This document shows, in pieces, positions 8,217 to 15,584 of a stretch of 21,302 nt of DNA. The first letter of the stretch is position 1; each line of letters begins with the position of its first letter. The notes beneath the pieces were generated by a model. It ran no database searches. It saw only the letters and a list, made by a program, of their open reading frames with translations, and was not told where the DNA came from. The position numbers and the translations under genes were made by a program. Source of the DNA: Candidatus Hadarchaeota archaeon (GTDB lineage: Archaea > CAYQAE01 > CAYVLA01); contig CAYVLA010000053.1 in the NCBI GenBank assembly GCA_964452145.1, positions 1-21,302 on the forward strand. Reading direction: 5' to 3'.

Positions 8217-9257
8217 TCATTCCCCCTTTGTGGCCGAGAGGAATACGTCCTCAAGGCTCAGCGTCTTGGAGCCAATGGTTTGTATCCTTCCGACTTCCAT
8301 GATATGCCTGAGACAAGCATCCAGGATCTCTTCCTCCTTGCCAGAGGTAATGGTGACAATGCATCTGCCTGTCTCGGCATCTTGTTCGATATCACATCTG
8401 TAGACTGAGGAGAGTCCCTCGATCTGGGCCAGGACTTTGGATACGGCTTCTAGGCGTGAACTGGTCAGGTGGATCTCGGTGACCTTTCTCTCCTTGAAGT
8501 GGGATTTCAGCTCGGAGGGAGAGCCCAGAGCGATGAGCCTCCCTTCCTTGAGTATGGCCACCCTATCACAGTGGGCTTCGGCCTCGTGGATGTTGTGAGT
8601 GGTGAGAAGGTAGGTTGTCTCTGGAATAGTGTCCTGTATTGTGTCGAAGAAGCGGTGTCTAGCCTCGAGGTCCAGCTTGATGGTTGGCTCATCGAGTATA
8701 GCGAACCTTGGCCGTACGATAAGAAGGGCTGCCAGCCAGACTCGCTGCTTCTGACCGGCTGAAAGCTTCTGGTACCACTCCTCCTCCTTGCCCTCAAGGC
8801 CAACGGCTCTGAGGGCCTCCGAGATGAGAACCCGTCTCTCCCCTCCCGGTATCCGCCATACTCTGCCAATGAAGTTGAGATTCGTGTGGACATCCAACCG
8901 GTTGGAGAAAAGACCCCACATCTCTGTCTCACCCGAGAAGACCGAGAAGGACAGCCTCGCCACCTCCCTGTGCTCTTCTATGACATCGTATCCCCCTATC
9001 CATGCGTGCCCCGATGTTGGCAGGACCAACGCGTTGAGGATCCTGCAAATAGTGGTCTTCCCTGCCCCATTGGGCCCCAACAGCCCGAATACCTCACCCC
9101 GCCCGACCTCGAAAGACACATCCCTAAGGGCCAGGACCGGGGTGCCACATTCCTTGCCCAAGAGCTTCATTCCCAGATCACCAATGCTCCTGACAGGCCT
9201 CCTACCCGGAGGGAACACCTTGGTCAGTTCCTCTACCCTAAGAACAGGATCCATCAT
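8217..9257 (-). CDS. ABC exporter ATP-binding protein
   Basis: Walker A GPNGAGKT, signature LSAGQ, Walker B AILDEP, H-loop TTH; SD GGAGG upstream. Confidence 0.95.
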   Translation of the reverse strand: MMDPVLRVEELTKVFPPGRRPVRSIGDLGMKLLGKECGTPVLALRDVSFEVGRGEVFGLLGPNGAGKTTICRILNALVLPTSGHAWIGGYDVIEEHREVARLSFSVFSGETEMWGLFSNRLDVHTNLNFIGRVWRIPGGERRVLISEALRAVGLEGKEEEWYQKLSAGQKQRVWLAALLIVRPRFAILDEPTIKLDLEARHRFFDTIQDTIPETTYLLTTHNIHEAEAHCDRVAILKEGRLIALGSPSELKSHFKERKVTEIHLTSSRLEAVSKVLAQIEGLSSVYRCDIEQDAETGRCIVTITSGKEEEILDACLRHIMEVGRIQTIGSKTLSLEDVFLSATKGE

Positions 9258-9467
9258 CTAGGCCTCCCGGAGCCTCTCTGGTTGACAGAGCAGAGGTCGA
9301 TTCCCCACCGACTCTGGCTGATCCCTCTCTCCGCCCCTCTCCGCCATGCCACAAGTCCTTGGATCACGTCTCATCTCACTGTGACGAGGCGTGGCCCATG
9401 TGGCTAGGGCTGAGGGATGCCTCCAAGGCTTGCTGTGCCGCGGAATTACTTCTGACATGTGGATCTC

Positions 9468-10322
9468 CTAGCGATGACCTATTGTGCCCTGGCTCCGAGC
9501 TTTCCTGAATCCGAGATAGAATATGGACAGGCCGGCGAGCAGTGCGGCCGAGCCTAGAACGGTCAGCGAGATCAGCCTCGACCAGATCATGGGGGTGGTC
9601 TGACCCAGGCTGATTGTCCTTCGAGTCAGTTCCAGAAGATAGGTCTGGGGATGTATCCCCGAGACCCAGCGGAGCCATCCGGGTAGAAACGATGGGGGGA
9701 AGTAGAGCCCGGTTACCAGGCCTGACGTGATGGTGAGGAACCACCTGACCGGGTCTATTGGGCTCTTGGTGAGTAGTGCAACTCCGGCCGCTGCCAAATC
9801 CACAAAGAGTATGACCAGGAAGCCTAGGAGGAGTACAATGCCTAGAGCCAGGCTGATGTGGATAGACATACCGAAGAAGAAGTGTCCGATAAGGGCATAG
9901 CTGGATCCCCATATCACCATCCAACACATTCTCCACGAATAGGCGCCACCCATAATGGCAACCGAGCCTGCGGGCGAGGACCATATATGGGGGAACTCCC
10001 GCCCCATCACAAAGTTGGAGAGATTCCGCTCAGTTCCCGAGACGAATATCCGGGTGAGCTGCCCGATCATCAGGTAGTCAACCGCGTTGCGACTCACATC
10101 AGTGATAGCCGCGGTGTAGGAACTGCCAGGGACCAGGGTGGCGACGATCCCCCAAGCGAAGGCATCTATGATAATCCATAGACTATCCAGTAGGAGGTCG
10201 GTTCTGTTTGAGGAGAACTCCTGGGCGCCCTTGGCTATGAAGGCGTAGAGAACAGAGAGATCGCTCAGAATAGAGTCTGCACAGTGTGTCTCGGCATCCC
10301 GCTCCTTGCTCGTTCCGGACAG
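9468..10322 (-). CDS. ABC-2 type exporter permease (paralog of 7374..8213); probable CTG start
   Basis: The frame of ORF 9468..10097 stays open to 10328 and encodes 'AKGAQEFSSNRTDLLLDSLW..AWGIVATLVPG', homologous to 'ARSAREFFSNRTRVFIEILW..MWGVFALVVPG' of the paralog; no ATG/GTG/TTG in the extension; CTG at 10322 has GGGGATGTGA 6 nt upstream. Confidence 0.8.
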   Translation of the reverse strand: MSGTSKERDAETHCADSILSDLSVLYAFIAKGAQEFSSNRTDLLLDSLWIIIDAFAWGIVATLVPGSSYTAAITDVSRNAVDYLMIGQLTRIFVSGTERNLSNFVMGREFPHIWSSPAGSVAIMGGAYSWRMCWMVIWGSSYALIGHFFFGMSIHISLALGIVLLLGFLVILFVDLAAAGVALLTKSPIDPVRWFLTITSGLVTGLYFPPSFLPGWLRWVSGIHPQTYLLELTRRTISLGQTTPMIWSRLISLTVLGSAALLAGLSIFYLGFRKARSQGTIGHR

Positions 10323-10627
10323 TCCACTTCACATCCCCAAGGGGAGGCCGAGACCAAGAGAAGACAGGGTTGCGCCTGGTTCCCCCAAGGAGGGCAGGGA
10401 ACCCCCAGAAGAGGGTTCAGAGCCCTGGAGAAGGCAACCGAGCAGCGAACCGGTCATTCATGATGTCTTCAAGAAACCTGCTCAATCTCGGTCACCTCCT
10501 TGCAGCATCATGCTGGGAGGACACCCATAAAAATCTCCCTATCCGGAATCTGCACATCTCCCAATCCTAGGACCCATCAGTACTCCGCCACAGTGCGCTC
10601 GACGCTCACAAGCCAAGGCCTGACCGT

Positions 10628-10637
10628 CATGTCCGCG
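10628..10637 (+). repeat. Boundary site 9, CATGTCCGCG
   Basis: Exact motif, between the ABC operon upstream region and the 3' end of the membrane protein gene. Confidence 0.85.
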
Positions 10638-10665
10638 ATTTTGGGATACATATGGGTTGTCCTAC

Positions 10666-11040
10666 TCAGGATTGGGGCGGTGTTGCCTGACCACCCCTGC
10701 GCATTGAGAGCCGCTGCCTCAGTACGTATCCAATGATCCAAGCCAGCAATACAAGGAGAGGAACCACTGCCCAGAGCTCTCCGTAGACCAGAATGACCAC
10801 GATGGCCACCACGAGGAGAAGAGTGGGAATCGCCCTCCGTACCCTACTCCTCTTCATCCAAGGACCCAGCCCGAGTAGGTCCAGAACAAGAAGGGCTGTA
10901 AGGGAGAGCGGAAGGATCTTGAGAGCGCTCAGGATTGCGTCGAACTTGCCGAACAGAGCTGCCCACAGGAAGAAAAGCACGTAGAAGATGGCAAGGAACA
11001 GGCAGTACCTAATCGCCCTTTGCCGAAAGCCCTTGCGCAC
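10666..11040 (-). CDS. Small hypothetical membrane protein (about 4 TM segments)
   Basis: Four hydrophobic stretches with basic loops; I favour GTG 11040 (SD-like GGGGT just upstream) over the ORF-track start 11241, whose extension is not membrane-like and crosses boundary site 10. Confidence 0.65.
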   Translation of the reverse strand: MRKGFRQRAIRYCLFLAIFYVLFFLWAALFGKFDAILSALKILPLSLTALLVLDLLGLGPWMKRSRVRRAIPTLLLVVAIVVILVYGELWAVVPLLVLLAWIIGYVLRQRLSMRRGGQATPPQS

Positions 11041-11148
11041 GATGACCCCGCGATAGGAGAATGCCCGCAAACTGAAATCTCTTTGTGAAATCCGTTTGAC
11101 CCGCGGCACACAAGAGGATATCTCCCTATCTTCCAGAGACGCAATCAT

Positions 11149-11158
11149 CGCGGACATG
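11149..11158 (-). repeat. Boundary site 10, CATGTCCGCG on the minus strand (context gTCAT-GTCCGCG-ATGAt)
   Basis: Plus strand reads CGCGGACATG; shows the TCAT/ATGA inverted arms around a 7-nt spacer most clearly. Confidence 0.85.
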
Positions 11159-11264
11159 ACGGTGGTTCTGATTGCGGAACGCGACACGAATACGAAGTCC
11201 TGTCTCTCGAAGGCATCAGGACCAAGTGATATCCTCTTCACCTTTTGTGCACTCTTGTTCGCAT

Positions 11265-11274
11265 CATGTCCGCG
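11265..11274 (+). repeat. Boundary site 11, CATGTCCGCG
   Basis: Exact motif followed by ATG; upstream of wHTH fusion B. Confidence 0.85.
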
Positions 11275-11300
11275 ATGGCGGCGGTGTCCGGTGGGTGTGG

Positions 11301-11333
11301 TTTGTCTAGGTTTCTTCGCAAAAGCTTCTTATC
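11301..11333 (+). promoter_or_regulatory. Conserved upstream element / promoter of wHTH fusion B
   Basis: GTTTCTTCGCAAAA (11310-11323) identical to 2415-2428, then GCTTCTTAT TATA-like stretch. Confidence 0.6.
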
Positions 11334-11368
11334 CCGCCCGGGCCTGAGTCCCTGTTGGTGTTTGCGGT

Positions 11369-12529
11369 TTGGGCCCTAGATCCCGTGATCTTCTCCGTGC
11401 TCTCTCTCATCCTTTGAGAAGAGACATAGCCAAATCCCTTGAGGACGCACCCGAATCCTACTCAACAATCATGGTGACCTGTGGACTTGACCCCAATCAC
11501 GACTCGGGACTGTTCTCCTATCACCTCAACGAACTGGTCAAGTCGAGCATAATCCAGAGACAGACCGACCACTACAATCTAACCGACCTCGGAAGAAAGG
11601 CCCTAAGCGTAGCACGATCGGCTGAAGCCATTGACCAGACAAGACAACAAAGAGGATTGCCCATGAACAGGAAAGAGCCTAAGAGAGGATCGGCAAGAAG
11701 AAGAGAGATCGACCGAGCCAAGAGCGTCTGCATCATCCCCGTCGAGGAACCCTCAATCAGGATATGTATGGATGATTGTAGCGTTGAGCTGGGAGGTGTC
11801 TACTGGGGCCTTACAAAGAAGACGGTAGGGGTGGACAAGGTGACCGCTCTCTGGAAGCTGCACGATGGCTCAACTCTCTTCGAGGTGCGTGAGCCGGGAT
11901 GCGAGGAGAGAGGATGGGCCATGCACCATCTCAGAGAAGACGGACTCCACAGCCTCGGAGGCGTTCTGGACATGGAGAAGGATGGTCAGAGAACTACCGT
12001 GATGTATAACGAAGGATGGATGGGTAAGACCATGCGTGTCTATCCCCTCCCTCTGGAGCTAGGAAGGAGGTGGAGCTATGAATGCCGGAGTCTGCAGACA
12101 TCCACCAGTCCTGATGTTACTGGTTGGGAAAGCATAGAAGGTAGATCGACATACACAGGCGAGGTAGTGGAACAATGCACAGTCACCATCGATCAGAATC
12201 GCTTTGACTGTCTGCTTGTCCGGGAAATCGTGGTGAGCAGGGGAGCGATCAGGCGTGAGGGTGGAGAACTCAAAGTACAGGATCCTTCCTTGAGAGTGCT
12301 GATAGATCGCTACCTGAACTGCCAGGGAAGGCTGCGGCTGGAGTATCTCTGGTACACCCAGAAAGGCGGAAACCGATCCATGACCAGGGAAGAGGCCGAG
12401 CAGAAAGCTGGCCCAGAGTTCGAAGAGATGCGATATGCTGGAAGAGACTGGTACAGGGTGAGCCGGGTGCCTCTCGACGAGCCCAGACCTCCTGAAGCCA
12501 AGAAGTGGATAACGACCAAGCCTTCCTGA
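11369..12529 (+). CDS. wHTH (ArsR-like) fusion protein B with uncharacterised beta-rich C-terminal domain
   Basis: 'LLRALSHPLRRDI...LDPNHDSGLFSYHLNEL...YNLTDLG' wHTH, clearly paralogous to fusion A. Confidence 0.85.
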   Translation: MGPRSRDLLRALSHPLRRDIAKSLEDAPESYSTIMVTCGLDPNHDSGLFSYHLNELVKSSIIQRQTDHYNLTDLGRKALSVARSAEAIDQTRQQRGLPMNRKEPKRGSARRREIDRAKSVCIIPVEEPSIRICMDDCSVELGGVYWGLTKKTVGVDKVTALWKLHDGSTLFEVREPGCEERGWAMHHLREDGLHSLGGVLDMEKDGQRTTVMYNEGWMGKTMRVYPLPLELGRRWSYECRSLQTSTSPDVTGWESIEGRSTYTGEVVEQCTVTIDQNRFDCLLVREIVVSRGAIRREGGELKVQDPSLRVLIDRYLNCQGRLRLEYLWYTQKGGNRSMTREEAEQKAGPEFEEMRYAGRDWYRVSRVPLDEPRPPEAKKWITTKPS

Positions 12530-12813
12530 TAGACGTACTGGCACAGGCACAGTTCTTGGACCAGAAACTGGCTATAGGAAGCAGAACTGGCATTGCATGT
12601 CTCGTTGTTCAGACCTTTGTTCGCCTTGATCTTGGGGCGAGTGTTCGGCCGGTTAGTGAGCGCGATCCAGGGAAGCCTTCGGTGATCCTTGTTCTGGTGG
12701 CCTTCCTTCTTCCCTGCTGCCTTGCGGTCATCATCGGTGGCAAGCTGGGAAGGTGGGGGAAGGAACAGGCAGCCCATGCCACTCCTCCCGGGGTTGGCCT
12801 GGGCAGCTGGCTC

Positions 12814-13521
12814 ATGGGAGCAGACCGAGGAAGAGAAGGGCAGGAGAAGAAGGAAGAGGGACAGGATGAGTACCTTGAGGCGCGCCTGGCCAAGTACGAC
12901 GCTTGAGTTCGGGAAGGCAGGATACCCTACTCCTCCAAGGTTGTGCCCATACAGAGATCAATAGAGGTGGTTCAGTGGGTTCTCCCAACAGAACAGATCT
13001 CCGGCATCCTTGGAGAAGCCCGATCAATAGCTCTGGCGGGGTGTGTCTGCCGGTCGCATTACCGGCTGTGTGATAACCCCCTAGAGGTGTGTCTTCGCCT
13101 TGATCAAGCAGCAGAGTCCTGCGTGAAACGCGGCAAAGGACGCTACATCACCAAGGATGAGGCATTGCAGGTCTTGGGCGAGGCTGATCAGAGGGGCCTT
13201 GTCCACATGGCTGTCCATGACCCGGAGCAACAGATCTATGCGACTTGTAGTTGCTGCTCGTGTTGTTGCCACGAGTTCCGCTACCTCCAGACCTACGGCA
13301 GGAGGGATCTTGTAGCCCGATCAGACTACGCAGCCCAGACCAGCCCGGATGCCTGCACAGGGTGCAATGAATGCCTGGATCGTTGCCCCTTCCACGCCCG
13401 ATTCAAGAAAGGAGGCGTGATAGTGGAGGATCCAGACGCCTGCTATGGCTGCGGCCTCTGCGTCACGATCTGCCCCTCAAACGCGATCACGATGAGGAGA
13501 AGGGACAAGACAGAACGATGA
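12814..13521 (+). CDS. 4Fe-4S dicluster (ferredoxin-like) protein; 5' extension interrupted by an in-frame TGA at 12904-12906 (intact ORF 12943..13521)
   Basis: CVCR...C...C, CSCCSCCC and two CxxCxxCxxxCP motifs; the upstream in-frame stretch 'DEYLEARLAKYDA*VREGRIPYSSKV' reads as continuous protein. Confidence 0.75.
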
Positions 13522-13672
13522 CCACGGAGGGGGTCCTTGTGGTCCCGGTGAGAATGATGGTGATCGTTCGTACCTTCGCCCTCTGTGTGGCGGAAGGGGA
13601 AGGGGCTAGCGAAAGAGTTTTCCCGATCGATGCTCTGTCTGTTGCTGGTCCAAGTGGTCTCGGCAGGCCTGG

Positions 13673-13970
13673 GTGACTAGGCAGATCCAGGATTTCATCG
13701 AGTCCCAGACAGGCAGCTTTGAAAAGGAGGCGCCTGAGCCTCTCTGGGGCAGGCCTGTGGTGGGCTTCAGCAGTGCTGCAGACCCTCTATACCAGTTCTT
13801 TAGGAAAGACATCGGAGATTTCTACCTCACCCCTGCAGAGATCCTGGCTCCACACATCGATCCAATCGAGGCCAGACTGGAGGATGTCACCGTGATCAGC
13901 TGGGTTCTGCCTCACACGGAGACCAACAAGGCAGGGATGCGGAACGAGACCTACTTCCCAACCAAGAGGC
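13673..13970 (+). pseudogene. 5' fragment of an epoxyqueuosine-reductase-like / Fe-S protein
   Basis: 'EPLWGRPVVGFSSAADPLY...IGDFYLTPAE...TVISWVLP' resembles the N-terminus of this family; no Fe-S cysteine motifs follow and the ORF runs into unrelated sequence (stop at 14158). Confidence 0.6.
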
Positions 13971-13978
13971 AAAGATGG

Positions 13979-14140
13979 CTAGGTCTGGGCCAAATAGGCC
14001 ACGACACCGGAGTCACTCGACAACATCATCTCTCTATCGGCACCGAGAACAGGTCCTGCCACCAGACAGACCCCAAGCAGACCGGTAAGCAGCGGAACTG
14101 CGACAGACCTCACCCAATGAGGATCCTGTTCCTTCGCCAA
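13979..14140 (-). pseudogene. 53-aa signal-peptide-bearing ORF, probably the 5' fragment of a secreted protein
   Basis: My translation: MAKEQDPHWVRSVAVPLLTGLLGVCLVAGPVLGADREMMLSSDSGVVAYLAQT*; TTG start with GGGGAGAGTGA just upstream; below the ORF-track size cut-off. Confidence 0.5.
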
Positions 14141-14208
14141 ACTCACTCTCCCCAGTAGATATTGCCATACGCACTGATAATGCCTTTGTTAGGGAAAACA
14201 TCAACCAC

Positions 14209-14218
14209 CGTGGACATG
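14209..14218 (-). repeat. Boundary site 12, CATGTCCACG on the minus strand
   Basis: Plus strand reads CGTGGACATG; between the secreted-protein fragment and the 60-aa gene. Confidence 0.85.
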
Positions 14219-14277
14219 AAGGGGGCAAGCCTAACCATGAAAGGGGGATTCGAGGGACCAGGGCAGCCCCTCCATTT

Positions 14278-14460
14278 CTAGGGCTTGACTCTGACAGTTC
14301 TGCCGAAGGTCTTGGCTCGGACTCCTCGCTTCCGCAGCTCACGAGCCAGCCTTTGAGCACTCTCTTCGTCCTTCTCGTGAATAATCAGCTCTGGGGCCTC
14401 CTGAACGGTCTTTCCCGAAGCCTTGCTTTCTTCGGTCTCTGACTCGGCGATCGGCCCCAT
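14278..14460 (-). CDS. Small hypothetical protein (60 aa)
   Basis: ATG with AAGGGGGGA upstream; natural-looking strand-helix-strand pattern 'ELIIHEKDEESAQRLARELRKRGVRAKTFGRTVRV'. Confidence 0.55.
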   Translation of the reverse strand: MGPIAESETEESKASGKTVQEAPELIIHEKDEESAQRLARELRKRGVRAKTFGRTVRVKP

Positions 14461-14603
14461 TGGGGAATCCCCCCTTCAGTTCATATGCATCGACTAATGA
14501 GTGTTTGCCGCCTTGGTGCGAGTCACCACCGACAACTGAGTTGATGAGAGGCACTTCTTCTTCCCACTCTGTCCTGAATAGCATATGTGGTGGTGACGCC
14601 TTT

Positions 14604-14664
14604 CTTGTCTTGTTTGACCTGGTCATGGTCAAGAAGGCTTATAACCCAGCCACCAATGGTGGTG
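14604..14664 (+). promoter_or_regulatory. Promoter/operator region of wHTH fusion C
   Basis: CTTGTCTTGTTTG (14604-14616), palindrome TGACC-T-GGTCA (14615-14625), TTATAA (14639-14644), SD-like GGTGGTG (14658-14664). Confidence 0.55.
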
Positions 14665-14674
14665 TGTGGTTGGG

Positions 14675-15469
14675 ATGTTCTCTCTGGATGAGATTCTCAC
14701 CGTCCTTCAGAACCCTATGAGGAGGATGATCCTTGAGCTTCTGTCTGGCTCCAGCAAGCCTTTGGCATACACTAGGATCTGGGGCTGTATCAACGTCCCA
14801 TCAACTGGGAGTCTGAATCACCATCTCCAAGCATTGACAGAGCACGATCTGGTTGCTAGGCAGAGTACAGGGTACGTACTGACACCAAGAGGCAGAATAG
14901 TGTGGGCAGTGTCTGAGGATCTCGAGAACTCCTACCAGAAGAACGTACTGGGCCAAAGCCCGGGTGGTGAAGAGATGGAGAAGACAGGTAGGGATATAAG
15001 GGTCAAGCCTGTGGAGAAGGGAGATGCCTTCGGTCTCGTGCTGAAGGCAGGAAGCATGTCAAGCAAAGGACCCCTATCCGAGGAGAGAGTTAGAAAGGAG
15101 TTGGACGAGAACCGGGATGACTGGGTCAGGATGGAGGCCCAAGGCATCCACGGGGCAAGATACTGCTCTGTTGTGAACCTTCTGGCTGTTGAGAAAGATC
15201 ACTGCGCAGGGAACATAAGCGGGCGCGAAGAGAATATACCAGAGGTCGGGGTGCACAGAATCATCATCGACAACATGGCCAGCTTCGGCGACCCTGTTGT
15301 CGCAAACAAGCTTGTCACCGGCTTGATGGAGTATGCTGGGAAGCGAGGAGTAGACATCATACTGTTCTATCTGGATGATCCCGAAGACCAAGACGAAGCC
15401 ACGATAATCAGGAGCGGCGGGAGACTCTACCACGAAGCAAGACACCGCCTCTTCCAGCTAGCGCCGTAA
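14675..15469 (+). CDS. wHTH (ArsR-like) fusion protein C with degenerate GNAT-like C-terminal domain
   Basis: 'ILTVLQNPMRRMILELL...STGSLNHHLQAL...YVLTPRG' wHTH; 'IRVKPVEKGD', 'LLAVEKDHCAG', 'VANKLVTGLMEYAGKRGVDII' follow the GNAT pattern but lack an RxxGxG loop; GTG 14666 is an alternative start. Confidence 0.8.
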   Translation: MFSLDEILTVLQNPMRRMILELLSGSSKPLAYTRIWGCINVPSTGSLNHHLQALTEHDLVARQSTGYVLTPRGRIVWAVSEDLENSYQKNVLGQSPGGEEMEKTGRDIRVKPVEKGDAFGLVLKAGSMSSKGPLSEERVRKELDENRDDWVRMEAQGIHGARYCSVVNLLAVEKDHCAGNISGREENIPEVGVHRIIIDNMASFGDPVVANKLVTGLMEYAGKRGVDIILFYLDDPEDQDEATIIRSGGRLYHEARHRLFQLAP

Positions 15470-15522
15470 CACGAAGTTTGACCCTTGTCCGAGCTGTGAA
15501 GAAGCATCTGGCCCACCCACAA

Positions 15523-15532
15523 CGTGGACATG
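15523..15532 (-). repeat. Boundary site 13, CATGTCCACG on the minus strand
   Basis: Plus strand reads CGTGGACATG; convergent gap between fusion C and 15585..16175. Confidence 0.85.
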
Positions 15533-15584
15533 TCTACCGAACCGCGGTGTTTCTGGGGTGGTCATGCCTCAGAGAGGCCGTGGT

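Noticed and set aside
11041..11241. N-terminal 67 codons of ORF 10666..11241
   Set aside because: Not membrane-like, crosses boundary site 10, and a better SD-associated GTG exists at 11040.
12505..12813. ORFs 12505..12906 (+), 12310..12777 (-) and 12609..12893 (-) as independent genes
   Set aside because: No recognisable family or SD; the only convincing part is the 3' end of the plus ORF, better explained as the interrupted N-terminus of the 4Fe-4S protein.
12904..12906. Selenocysteine or genetic-code reassignment of TGA
   Set aside because: Position is not in a Cys-type motif, I identified no SECIS-like element, and TGA terminates many genes in the window.
12596..13526. Degenerate motif-like strings CATGTCTCGTTG (12596) and GATGACCACG (13517)
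   Set aside because: Both are near gene ends but need an indel or two mismatches; not distinguishable from chance without a genome-wide PWM.
46..15532. CRISPR array or classical integron attC interpretation of the repeated motif
   Set aside because: The repeats are only 10-13 nt, irregularly spaced and in both orientations; there are no cas or intI genes and I saw no RYYYAAC...GTTRRRY hairpins at these positions.
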